Part shown: piece after piece, positions 12,400 through 25,508 of the stretch
How positions within the stretch are numbered: position 1 is the stretch's first letter
Layout of the letters: each line of letters starts with the position of its first letter
Assembly: GCA_002104905.1 (NCBI GenBank)
Contig: MCFE01000272.1
Span: forward strand, 42,020-106,019
DNA: 64,000 nt
Source of the DNA: Basidiobolus meristosporus CBS 931.73
Lineage: Eukaryota > Fungi > Basidiobolomycota
Direction: 5' to 3'
Program-made: the position numbers and the translations under genes
Notes under the pieces: model-generated
What the model was told of the DNA's origin: nothing
The model's database searches: none
The model's input: the letters and a program-made list of their open reading frames with translations, nothing else

Positions 12400-15300
12400 A
12401 ACATATCCAATATATTTGATGGCAAATATTACAAACTGCTGGGAAGCAAGGGCTACTTTGAAGGAATGTATGACCATGCCTTTGCCTTGGTACTTGATGG
12501 ATTCTCATTAAGCAAGTACTCTACCTGCAAATCTTGCTGGCCGTTGATTCTCTTCAACCTGAATCTGCTGCTCATCTTATGGTATCAGAGCAGAAATCTG
12601 ATGGTAGTCTCACTGATATCTGGGCTTAAATGAGCATCCAACCTGGATAGCTACTTACATCCATTGCTGGATAAATTTTGTTTGCTTTCCCACTGGATAA
12701 CAGTAAATGGCCATCATGTCCATGTGCATAATATTATGTGCATTGGAGATGCCCTAGCCATCAGCAAGATAGCTGGATTTTCTAGGCACAGTGGATGGTA
12801 TTGCTGTCAAATGTGTGAGATCCAGGGGATTTACTACATAATTCACACACATTATTGTTACCATGACACCAACACTAAGAACAGCATCTTCCTGCAGAGA
12901 GAACATACAGAAATCAGCATGCAATTGCAGCACAGTTAGCAAGCCATAAGCCATTGGCCAGAATATGGTATTAATTGGAAACCAGAGATACTTATGATAG
13001 AGAGAATCTGTTGGAGCAAAAGCTTTCCACTGGCGGTGTGGTGGTGTATAGGTCCAAGGGAGAGATACACCCAACACTTCTCAGGTGTTTTATGTGTGGG
13101 GTGCTCACCAAGTGCAATAACCTCTGGCAAAAGCTTGCTAGGAATACTTGGGTTTTGTCTCTAATCTAATGTGATGGGGAATAAAGCCACAAGCTTGTCA
13201 TGGGAAAACTAATGAGCTACAATCCCCAACTTAGTTGGCATCTTAACAAAAGTATGTGCTGGGTTCAGCATCTTTTGAGATGACAATGTACTAAAGCTTC
13301 CAAAGTCAAAACAGCTGTAAACTCCACCAGCAGGGACTTGATAAGAATGCAGCTGTGGTCAATAGTTACAAAGACAGAAAAGTATCTTTGCCTGTACAAG
13401 AACAAACTTGGGAAAGAATCAAGAATAATAAAAGGTACCTAATCTGAGTATTCCTCACAAGTAGTGCCTTCAAGGTCAGTTGGCTGTCAGTGTGGTTTCC
13501 TGGGAGTGTCCTGTGGTCTAGGGTTGGAAGTTCAGGTAGCAGTAGGTAGCAGTGATCACACTAATCAACAAGTTGGTATATTGATAAAAGGGATGATGAT
13601 TTATTGTTGAGGGATAGCCTCCCTTATATTCTTTTCTTACTGGCCATGTGATTACTAATCATGGTGGTCCAGAAGGTTCCAGATATCAATAGAAATCTTA
13701 ACAACATCAGAATGACCTAAGAATGTTCCAAGTAGGTGCCGGATGGTTCTAAGAGGCACAGCACATCCAACCAATCAGGAATCAGTATTTTGAAACCTGT
13801 GTAACATAGGGATACCATATATGGTTTGGAAATGGTAGAGATGGTGACATGGGTTGATCATGTGTCACGGGTACTGGCGTGGGTACTTGCCTAATATAGA
13901 AGCACTTATAGCTAGTAATCTTACATAAAGTGCAGGATAACCTATTCAATAAGGTAAGCAGGTGTGATAGTCAACCGGCTTATGGGATAGTACTGATTGG
14001 GTAAGACAAATGGGATAAAACTAAAATCAGTGTAGTAGAGATATAGGGAAGTAGAAAATAAGGGAATGAGCACATCTGTCTGTGGGTGTCACTGTCACCC
14101 CACCACAGTGGCAATGCATTTGCTTTTCAACAATATCCCAATAATGATGACCAAGTGGTACATGAGGCATTTCAAGCTAAATGAGCCCTTTGAAATACCA
14201 GAGAAATTTGAAAGTATTGGAACAATATTACAGATTATCTATTACCCTAAGTACTTTTCATGGTCCCCAATTAATATTCATACACATATGCAACAATACA
14301 AGTGCAAGGACTGGATGAACTGGATATTTACTTGTTCAGGTGACCTTCTGAAGCCTTTCTACCAAGAGTTGATTGGAAGCATTGGGAGTCATATGTGGAC
14401 ATTGTAGGCATATTCATCCAGATGCTGATCACCAAAGCCAACTTGATGCATCTACAGCTTTTGTGCAAAGAGTTTGTGATGGGATTTGAGCAGCTGTACA
14501 ACAAGTACAAAGCTGAACATGTAGATCTCTGCCACTACTATATCCATTTGATACTTCATCTTGCTTGGTGTGTTGCAAATATGGGGCCTTGCCTCACCTT
14601 CTGGGAGTTTGCTATGGAGTGGATGTGTGAAGAGATAGGAAGACAAGTCAAGTTGCATGTACTACTATTTCCCAATCTCATCAAGAATATTACCTTCAAG
14701 TCCATCATGGCTGTGGCAAGTTGCCACATGGAGGACAGTCAGGAAGAGTTAGAAAATTCTGAGGACATATGTGCACATGGAGACACCTATGCCTATGGCA
14801 TTAAGAAGCAAAGCAGCCCCAATGTGTGGGGAATCAGTTAAGTAATGCAAAGTTGGGTTGGGTGAAACAAGCAAATCATTACATTAGGAAAACTCTACTA
14901 AGGTAAGCCAGATATCTCTTGGTTACAAACCAATTTCTAGAGCATTTGTAGCGGAATTTGCACAAACAAGCGCCCAAATGCACCTATAAGGAGGCCTAGA
15001 ATCCAGCAGGGAGAAGGAATATATTGGCTAAATACCAAACAGTCCTTTGCAGATATTCAGGAGGTATTCATGGCAGAGGTGGTGGCAGCCAAGCATATGT
15101 TTGCAACATGTATATGTTACCAGCAATACAAGGTATATGGCTACTTCGCAAGTATCATACTAAAAAGCAGTAAAGTTGATGTCATCAAAGTATGTCAATT
15201 GCAACAGGTGTGCGCATCTGTAGTTGTTAGTAAGCTGGAGGCCATAGTATTTTTTGATTCAGACTATAAGTGGAATACCCATGGTAGTAGTGGGTAAGCA
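12400..15300 (+). pseudogene. CACTA/EnSpm-like transposase interrupted by a solo LTR
   Basis: DGFS...WPLILFNL...YLHPLL...IGDALAISKIAGFSRHSGWYCCQMC (Tnp2/Transposase_21-like), then MHLLFNNI and HLILHL...GP...FWEFAME (DUF4218-like); stops and frameshifts. Confidence 0.75.
13037..14107 (+). mobile_element. 1071-bp solo LTR-like insertion
   Basis: Inverted termini TGTGGTGG...CCACCACA; 4-bp flanks GCGG/GTGG differ by one CpG-type transition; splits the transposase. Confidence 0.75.
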
Positions 15301-16046
15301 AACAAAGAGGGGTGATTCTACAGTGAAATACATCAATTGCACATGGGGATGTAGACAAAGGAAATATCATTTGGTAAATTGGTATGGTAGCATTATACAG
15401 CACTAGCTGTAGGCCACCATACTGCCACAATAATGCATCAAAGTCTTGCAATGAGGCCATCAAAACACTGTCAAATTTTTTCCAGATAAGGCAATTGGAA
15501 GTACTGGCCAGTTAGATCTACTCAAATTGTTGTAGGATGCACTAAGACTGTTACAATACCATCCCACCCTTTGCAAAACACCATACACACATTGTACAAG
15601 CACCATTATGTTTTTCAACATTATTTGGCTGTAAATTTAGGCAAATGCTGCTATGATTCCATCTTAAGATTTTGTAGATAGTCATCAATTCCAAGCTGCT
15701 GGTATTTTAGAGGTCTCCTGATGAGATCTTAATGGCTGATCCTCATTGGATCCACCTGCAGGACCAAATTATTTTTCATAGGGGCTGCTGTGCCGCTGTT
15801 ATAATGCCAACATACTTCAGCATCAAAGCTGTTCAAATACCATCATGTTTTTCCATATATAGCATTTGCATGTGCTGGCCTGTTGGGTCTGCTGGAATAA
15901 GTGTAGGCCACAATAATATGTCAGAATGGCAATCAAATCCTGTCTAAAGACCACCTAAACACCATCAAGCTTGCTTACCAATTAAGCAGTAGAATTAGCA
16001 AGACACCATCTTAGTCCCATTGTAATATTGTAAAGAGGCTCAATTA

Positions 16047-19000
16047 TGTTGTAAAAGTCTTGAAGATATTGGCAGTGATTGAGAGAACAAGTAGATTATA
16101 TAGTTTTCACTTAATGATTTAATGAATGTAAAAGTAGTATTTATACTTCTACATAGTTTTGGAAAATCAAGCACAAAGAATAGGTGTAGGAAGGTCCCAA
16201 GAATGTGTGCAAAGTTTGGGGCTGTATGGACAACTTTGGGAATTTTCATGTTTTGGGTACCTGATATTTTGGTGAAAGTATTTTAACTAAATCCCAACAA
16301 GGATTTTGGTGAGTATTCTCTAGGATTTGAAGGTAATGTTCTAAGTGACCAATTCAGGTGATTATCTAGGTGAAATTATGAATTTTTACAACACTCCCAC
16401 TTGGCTAAATGTTTGTACTGACTAGTCCTAATTAGACCTCAGATATTCAAACCTGTCTCTAGGTGATGGTTTGGTGAATATGTCTACAATTATCTCATTT
16501 GTAGGATAGTAAGCCATGTTGACTAAGTTGCTTGCTATAGCTTCATGTATGAAATGAGGTCTGATATCTCTGTGCTTAGTTCCAGCATGAAAAGTTGGAT
16601 CTCTACCTAATTGATTCATCCTTGATAATTGTCAAATAAAGTGACAGGCATTCTTTGGTACAAGCCTAATTCTTTAATAAGCTTCCTTTACCACATTACT
16701 TCTTTGTGGCATCACAGGCTGTCATATACACTGCCTCTGAGGTGGAAAGTGCCACAGTAGGTTGCTTTCTTGAGTTCCATGAGATTGTTCCATTACAGTA
16801 AAGAACAGTGTATCCTGTGGTGGAACTCCTGTCTTCTAAATTTTGTCCCCAATTAGCATCAGAGTACTCCTCAAGATCCTGCTCTGGATCCTTATAAGTG
16901 TATCTTAAGCAGATATCAGCAGCTCTGTTTAGGTATCTAAATATCTGCTTAAGTGCTGCAATGTGATCAGATCCATAGCTCTTATTATGCTGGCTGACAG
17001 CTCCCATTGAGTGCAAGATATCTGGATGTGTTCTAAGCTGGATATACATCAGACTGCTGACCATAGATTGATTAGGAAAGTCTGGACTTTCAGATGGCAC
17101 CAAGCTTTCTTGATTTGGTAGAACTTTGACCAAGTTAAGGTTTATTTCCATTGGGGTAGCTGCCAGTTTACAGTCTTCCATTTGGTACTTCTTTAGTAGA
17201 TCTTGAATATACTTGGATTGGCTTAGGGTGATATTCAGGGTACTTCTATCCATGGAAACCTTATCCCAAAGTAGTAATTGAGTTCTCTTGGATCAGACAT
17301 GGTGAAATCTTTAGATAGGCTGGAATTAGTCTCTTCCAATGATTCTGGGTTATTGGTGGCCATATTGATATCATCCAGAAATAGAGCTAACAGAACTGGA
17401 TTTACTCTAGCTGGCTTGTAGTAACTACTACTATAGCACTACTCCTTTTGAAACTTGCAGATTTCAAGAAAGAATCTATTTTTCAAATCCAGGCCCTTAG
17501 TGTTTGTTTGAGTCCATATAGAGACTTTTTAAGCTTGCAGACCAAGTGGGGGTTATCTTGGTCAACAAACCCATCAGGCTGGTATATATTCACATCCTCA
17601 TCAAGTTCTCCATTCAAAAATACAGCTTTTACATCCATTTGATGTTTAACAAACTTATATTTGGCTGCAATAGACAAGATCAATCTAACAGAATTAAGCC
17701 TGGCTACTGGTGCAAAGGTCTCAGTATAGTCAAGTCCTTTTGTTTGAGAGTATCCTTTGGCCACAAGTCTTGCTTTATATATTTTGATTGTACCATTGGC
17801 CATGTTTTTGCCTTAAAGACCCATCCACTTCCAATTAATTTTCGATTGATTGTTAATTTGACTAAGTCCCAGTTTGATTTTCCATTAAGGCCTGATACTC
17901 CTCAGTCATTGCACATCTCTAAAGCATTGTCTGAGTGCTATTTAGTGCCTCTTTTACAGTCTGGGGCTCATCAATATGGACTGAATAAGCATTGGATATG
18001 TTTGTACCCTCATTGATATAGTAATTTGGGCTATTTCATGTCTGGTTGGATCTTCTGGCAATTGATAAAGGAATGATCACTTCTGGGATATTCCTGGGCA
18101 CTGATTCAGGCTGAACCACAGTTGTTGAGCTCTCTGTAGTGAAAAACCTCTAACTGCTTTGCTCTGATTTACTCCTGACAATTGGTGAACTTAAGATCAG
18201 ATTTTTGTCATCATCCAATAAATATTTTGTGAAAATTCTGAATTTTCATCAAACAGCCAGTCCCTGGACTTCATCAGCTTCTTTGCTTTGGTATTGTAGA
18301 GTATGTATGCTTTACTCTCATTGCATTAGCTCAAAAATATGTATTTTACACTTTTTTGTCTCAAATATTCATTGATTTCCAGGCTTTTTCTTGGCATATG
18401 CTGTGGACACAAATTTTCTTCAATATGCCTCACTTTGTTTGTATTCATACCATGCTTCAAATGGAGTGGAATCATAAAGTATTCTGTTATAACTTCTATT
18501 ATTAAGGTACACAGCTGTGGCAACTGATTCCACCCAAAAACCATAGGATAATGATTGATCATGGATTATAGATCTTGCCATATCAGTTATTGATCTATTT
18601 GCACATTCTGCTACTCTGTTTTACTTTAGGGAATATGGTGCAGTAGTCTCTTGTATTATTCACAAATTTTGCAGAAGTGGATGAAGAGTTTTGCAGTATA
18701 TTCTCCACCATTGTCAGAGCACATTTTCTTGACTTTTTTCCACCTGTTTCTCTCTCCACCATGGCTTTAAACTTCCTGAACTTAGACTGAGCTTCTGCCT
18801 TTCTCCTCATGAAGTAGTCCCACTGTTGTATCCAAGAGAAACGTGTAATAAAACTCTTGAATGAGTTAACTGAGCCTAAGTGACAAGTAAGTGCAGAATC
18901 TTAGAATTGTCAAGAGTGCCAGAAATATTAGCAGAGAGGTTCTGGTCTAATACTGGTCTTATATATGGCTGAGTTGGGCTATAAAGAAAACAGAGTAGGT

Positions 19001-21398
19001 CTGCTATGCAGGTTAGGCTTGGTGCTCTTGAGAATGCTAGATATGCTAAGCTTGGGTAGAAACTAGAATGGATTTGTTGAATTCTTAATTTCATTGTGAC
19101 ACACACTAAACCAAAAGGTTCAGTAAACTTTATTTATACTTTCCTGATTGAGTTGCATTAGTAAGCAGCAAGAGACTGGACTAATTGAAATCTGTTGGGG
19201 TGTTGATAGGTGCATAAGATAAATGAAAAGTTGTATCATTAATCAGCTGATGTCTTGGCAACTGCTGAGTGGTTGGATAAATCTCAGATGACTAATCACT
19301 TGGAAAGGCTTAGCAGATCTGTTGAGGATGTAATGACCACATGAAAATTGATCAGGTGTGACAGCTAAAAATAGATTCTGAGAAGTGATAAAATAAACCA
19401 TAACAGGGATTAGTTATGTTTATGTTAGGGAAAATCAATAAGGGTACTAGATTTTCTAACAGAGTGAAATTGGCCAAGTTTTAAATGTTGATGCACAACA
19501 CCCACATGTATTGTATATATATTAATCAATAAAAGTGATTAAATAATTCATCTTGCTTGAGGTTAAATTCTGCATAGGTCTACACATATCTGAGTGAATT
19601 AGGTCTAATTTTTTAGTTTTGACTAACCAGAGCTCTTGAATGGTTGCCTGGCTTGCTTTCCACAGATACAGGCTTCACAGTGCTCCTGATCAGCTGGGGG
19701 ATCAATTTTTACTCCAGAAATTAGCTGATCTATGATATTGTGTGGAAATAAGCAAAATTGATGTGTTCAAATCTCCTGTATCATAGCAATGGTGTTTCTT
19801 CATTCAAGTTACTTATTTTGGCTTCTTGATATGATGGAATATTAGTCAACTTATACAGATTCTGATCCCTGGTACCCAAATCACTATGAGCACCATTTTG
19901 AATGGTGAACCTGCATCCAGGATTGTCAAAGCTGAAACTGAGTCCTTCTGCTGTGGCCTTGCTTACAGATAGTAGGTTCTTGGCTATTTCTGGTACATAG
20001 AGTATTTCCTTAAAGGTCAGTGCAGGGCTTCCTTCACTGCTTCTAAGGTTTACTTGGATACTTCCTTCTCCCACTGCATCAACAGTTCTATTGTCACCCA
20101 TGAAAACCTTCTCAATTGGGATTTATTTATATTGGGTAAAAGTTCTTTTTGGTGTGTGAGGTGTTCAGATGCTCCAGAGTCAATATATCATGTCTGCAAA
20201 TCACTGTTTGTGGTCATATTTAGTGCAGATATGAATAGTCTATCTTCAGTTGTTGCAGCATTTCCATATTCAGGCTTTTTCTGCTGATTATCTCTCTTTT
20301 TGAAGCACCAGTCTGATGTATGTCCTTTGCTTTTGCAGTAGTTGCCAAACAGGTTGCTATTGCCTTTAAAAGGTCTTGGGAATCTCCTTTGTAGGTTATT
20401 ATTGCTGATTAAAACATTTTCTTCTTTCTTCCTATTGGTGCTTGATTTTCTTAATTCTTCATCCAGGGGCCTTCCATATATGTGATTTAAGGTCAAATCT
20501 TGAGTTCTGGACTCCAGGGTTGATACAAGGCCCTGAAACTTGTCTTTCAGGCTATTCAGGATGGTAACTGTCGCATCATCATAAGTAGCTGGTATGCTGC
20601 AGATTCCATCTCATCCACAAGCAGGCTAATTTTGCTTATTAGATTTTTCATTTCTTCTCCTGGCAGCATCTTTGTAGTAGAGAATTTTTGTCTAAGATAC
20701 ATCTTCTTGGTATCTGAACATGACTGGTAGGTGTATTCAAATGCCTTCCAGGCATTCTTTGCTGTTTTTGCTCTTGAGCATTGAATTAGTAATCTGTCTT
20801 TGACATTAAGGCAAATGCAGTTAAAGGCACATTGTTCTTTCTTCTGGTACTTTAAGGATTCCTCTTCCACATGTTGAGGAGGGCATTCTTCTCCCAAGAC
20901 AATATCCCAAAGACCTCATTCTCACAGCAGCATCTTCATCTTCACCTTTCACACTTAGTAGTTAGTTCCATACAGCTATTCAGCAGAGGGAAAAATTCCA
21001 GTAATATCAGTGATAGAAACTGCAGAGAGTGACATATTGGGGCTCATCACCTGTTGTAAGAGTCTTGGAGATATTGGAAGTGATTGGGAGAACAAGTAGA
21101 TTATATAGTTTTCACTTAATGATTTATTGAATGTAAAAGTAGTATTTACACTTTTACATAGTCTTGTCTAACAAACACATAGAGTAGGTTTAGAAAGATT
21201 CCAAGAGCATGTGTGCAAAGTTTGGGGCTTTTTGGGCAATTCTGAGAATTCTCATGTATAGGGTACCTGATATTTTGGTGAAAATATTCCAAGTAAATCC
21301 CAACAAGGAATTGGGTAGTATTCTCTAGGATTTGTAGGTAATGATCCAAGTGACTAAGTTAGGTGAACATTTAGGTGGAATTACAAATTTTTACAACA
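16047..21398 (-). mobile_element. Full-length decayed Ty1/Copia element, family 1
   Basis: Two 347-bp LTRs (16047-16393, 21052-21398, TGTTG...CAACA), PBS GGTGATGAGCCC, PPT AAGTGGGAG; gag, CCHC knuckle, integrase, RT ([18 protein letters not shown]) and RNase H (TKHRDIR) fragments with many disruptions. Confidence 0.92.
18824..19500. mobile_element. 677-bp solo LTR nested in the Copia integrase
   Basis: TGTTG...CAACA termini with perfect 5-bp target-site duplication CCCAC (18819-18823, 19501-19505). Confidence 0.85.
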
Positions 21399-21525
21399 GA
21401 TCAATCCAAGCTGTCAGCATTATGATGGCCTCATTGCAGGATCTTGATGGCTAATCTAGATTAGATCCACTTGAGGGACCATATTATTTTTCCTACGGTA
21501 TATGAATATTTAGTTGTGTGGGCAT

Positions 21526-22150
21526 GTTGTGAATTTTGTACTTACTACCAAGTATTCACCTAACTAAGTCACTTAGATTATAGCTCACAAATCTTGGCAA
21601 ATTCCACCTAACTTCTTGGTCAGGATTTACTTGGAATATTTTCACCAGAGCATCCAGTACCCAGAACATGAAATATCTCAAAGTCAATAACTCATTAGGT
21701 GAAAGCCACATTATATACTTGTACTCCCAATCACTTCCAGCATCTCCAAAACTCTTACAATGCTTTCTTCTAGTACCTTAAGCTCATTCTCTTACACTTT
21801 TAGGAGGATATTCTTTGCTTTCAGCAATATCCCAAAGGCCTCTTTCCCAGAGCTTCCTCTTTATCTTTGCTGAGAAGTATCATGGATCTTATCACCAATT
21901 CTGTAAGGCAGAGGGGAAAGCTCCAGTAACAACAGTTTTGGACATCCCAGAGAGTGATAGCCTGGAACTTGTAGCCTGTGGTAAGAGTTTTGGAAACATT
22001 GGAAGTGATTGGAAAAACAAGCAGATTATGCGGTTTTCACTCAATAATTTATTGTGTGTAAATGTTGTAATTAAACTTTGAGATGGTCTTGGCCAAAAAG
22101 CACATGGAATATGTTTAGAAAGGTGCCAGGAGCATTTGTGCAAGGTTTTA
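21526..22150. mobile_element. Two further Copia family 1 fragments (deleted + strand LTR; - strand gag/LTR piece)
   Basis: Similarity to the LTR and gag start of the 54126 copy. Confidence 0.65.
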
Positions 22151-22872
22151 GGTCGAGGGGCACCCAAAGAGCAAAGGAAGTCTTATAGCATCACGCCCAA
22201 AACAGTTGCAACACTCTTTTCTGTTGTAAGCGTTGGCGCTCATCATTGGCAATGATTCAACCGCTCATAGATGACAGTTGACACTAGGTCGATTTGGCCT
22301 ACGGCGGGAACTAAGAGTTTGCAGACCCCAAAAGAGGCAACATCTGTTCGGTATGGCAACGCCAAATGGTAACCAGAGTTTTAGAAGGGGACTGATCAAT
22401 CACGCATCACATCCAAAGCAGGCTGCATCAAGTCAGAACTGGAGGGCTTACAGAATACACGGACCAAGGGTGGAGAGATCTGGATCACCTCACTGCGGAA
22501 CACTGCTAATCCAAGGAGGGCACTCAGCAAATAAGTGCCCTGGCATCACCCCGGGATTTTTCTGGCACCGGTCGTATTGGAACGTCCATACAGTAGGCCA
22601 CATCAGGACCAACCTTCGTTTGTGTAGCCATCACCCACCAAATTCACCATGAAGTGAAAAAAGCGATGGGTCTTCCGCCAATAGATCCACACCAACCCCC
22701 TCTCTCCAGCTCAAATCGATCCCATAGCAAAAATAAGCCGTCCTCCAGCGGAGCAGAGGCGGGACCTTATTGGTGGAGAGGGAGGGCTCAATTTTTTCCT
22801 GGTGCAAATATTTCTCGAAAACCTCCGTCCGGTCTCTTCACCCTTGAGGTAGTCCATCTTCAACCCGGAGTC

Positions 22873-25101
22873 ATGTCCTTTCTGCCAAAGCACCATCGCC
22901 CCTTGGGGAAACTCGCCAGGTATGCCAGATACACCGGAGCCGAGGCGTTCTCCAACCCCCGATGCACCAAGGTGGTCGGCGCGTCCTCACCGGTGACCCT
23001 TCGTGCCCATTCCACCGAAGCCCAGCCCAAGAAAAAAATCCTGGTGTTTGACAACAAATCCCCCAATCTCCAGGATTTCATCCGTGCCTCTTCAAACCAG
23101 CTTTCTGGGGCCACGGTGAATATCCCGCAGCCCGAGGCTGTCCCTTACCTTCCCCAGGTCAATTATGGGGCTGGCTCGAAGTATTTTATTGAAGTGTATG
23201 GGTGCCAGGTATGAAGAGAATCTCTGCATTGCTTGAAACTCCCCCCCCCACTCACCCCCTTTTTCTCTAGATGAATGTGAACGACACCGAAATCCTCATG
23301 GGGATCTTGAACCAGGCAGGCTATTCCAGAACTCACGAGCTCGAGGATGCCGATGTGATTTTCCTAGTGACCGTACGTAACTTGAGCCCCCCAGCCTTGG
23401 CAGGACCTAAAGCTAACCCTCTCCCCACCCCCCCCCCTTTACAGTGCTCCATCCGAGAGAACGCGGAAAATAAGATTTACCAACGTCTCAATTACTTCAA
23501 GCACCTGAAGACCAAAAAACGGCCCACTCGACCACCTCTTGTGGGAGTTCTTGGGGTATGTCTTGTCTGTCGGGAAACTAGCTAGCGCGATTGACTGACC
23601 AGGTTGCTTCACAAACAGTGTATGGCCGAAAGACTGAAGGGGAAACTGCTGGAGCAAGAGAAGGTGGTCGACATCGTATGCGGGCCCGATGCTTATCGCT
23701 CCATCCCCCACCTTATCAGTATGGCAGAGACCTCTATCCAGCAAGTGGCCAATGTGATCCTCTCCGCTGATGAAACCTACGCCGATATTATGCCCGTCAG
23801 ACTCAACGATAACAGCGTCAGTGTTCACTTGTCGATCATGCGGTACTGCTTCTGTGTAGCGTTGATATCACCCGAGTGCTAATCCAACTTCCCGTTGATG
23901 TTTAGTGGATGTAACAATATGTGCAGTTACTGCATCGTTCCATTTACTCGTGGAACGGAACGCAGTCGCCCCATTGACTCGATCGTAGACGAGGTGAGGA
24001 AACTGAGTGATCAAGGGATCAAAGAAGGTAGGTGAAATCGACGTGCAACCCCTTCACCCCCCCCAACCGCACCAGTCAAATAACCGCTTCGACAGTCATT
24101 CTGCTTGGACAGAATGTGAACTCGTACAGAGACACCAGCGAGAGCAAGATCTTCGCCACCTCCACCATCGGCCAGGACTTGAGTCGAGGATTCAAAACCA
24201 TCTACAAGAGAAAGGAGGGTGGAAGACGCTTCGCCGAGTTGATCGACAGAGTCTCGGAGATCGATCCCGAGGTAGGGTGTGCTTTGGATGGCACCGGTTG
24301 ACCAGACATTGACGGAGTTTATTCCCAGATGAGAATCCGATTTACGTCCCCGCATCCCAAAGACTTCCCCGATGACCTTCTATGGTTGATCAAGGAAAAG
24401 CCCAACGTGTGCTCCAACATCCATATGCCAGCGCAGTCGGGCAACACCGAAGTATTGGACAGAATGCGCAGAGGATACTCCAGGGAGGCCTACCTGGACC
24501 TGGTCAGCAGGATCAGAGGAGTGATCCCTGGGGTCACCCTCAGCAGTGACTTCATCACCGGGTTCTGTCATGAAACTGAGGAGGAGCACAGGGATACCGT
24601 CACACTCATGGAGCAGGTCAAGTACGATATGGCCTACATGTTTGCATACAGGTAATTCAGACGTCACAGATGGTCAGCCGCCACCTACAACCCATGACTG
24701 ACCCCTGTTACTCCCATTATGGTGACAGCATGCGCGAGAAGACCCACGCCCACCGCAAGATGATTGACGATGTACCGGACGATGTCAAGTCCCGTCGCCT
24801 CCAAGAGATCATCGAGACCTTCCACAGGAACGCCAGAGAGAAGAACCAAGCCTTAATAGGAAAGCCCCAGCTGGTTCTTGTCGAGGGGACCACCAAGAGA
24901 AACGCCAACATGCTCCAAGGACGTGATGATGGGAACCACAAGGTCTTCATTGAAATCCCTGCTGGCCAAGACATGAACATCAAGCCCGGCGATTACGTCA
25001 AAGTCATCACGCAAGCTGCAAGCGCCACCTCTCTCTCGGCCCTCGCCGTGGAGAAGACCACCTTGGCTGAGTACGCTCGACAGCACCCCACTGCCAATTA
25101 G
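22873..25101 (+). CDS. CDK5RAP1: MiaB-family tRNA 2-methylthiotransferase (CDK5RAP1-like, probably mitochondrial), multi-exon; start uncertain
   Basis: YGCQ|[15 protein letters not shown], radical-SAM [26 protein letters not shown]-terminal TRAM region; GT-AG introns; basic N-terminus. Confidence 0.92.
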
Positions 25102-25508
25102 ATATGTAGGGGAACATCCGAATAGAACCCCCCTCTTCTCAACCATTTCGTGTCGTTAATTCCAAGCACCATGTAAACACGATTTCCAAAGCACCTGGTA
25201 GATCATTGTAATCTAATGTCTGTTACGCATCCCACCCATAGTCGAGATAGATCAGTCTTTGAATAAACGTCGTGAGGAGATTTCCTGATATTCAACTGAG
25301 CCGCGGTTTGCGATGATCGGTGTGTAAAGGGTCATGGGTGGTTTACCGTTGGCCCAACGCCTAGTGCACGCTGTCATGCAAGTGTCATGCACACCCAGTC
25401 ACGTAGTCTGAAATTCTGGTTGGTTGCTGGCCTACCAAGGCGAATTGGAGCCGTTCCCCTGCCAGCCAACTGAAATGAATTTATTGCTTGCCAAGTGCTC
25501 TAGAAGGG

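Noticed and set aside
10705-12400. ORFs of 60-140 aa in the repeat zone
   Set aside because: Probably a decayed accessory ORF of the CACTA-like element, but no motif supports a call
1-22150. Repeat-induced point mutation (RIP)
   Set aside because: The changes I could align are at CpG, and CpA remains abundant; CpG methylation decay fits better
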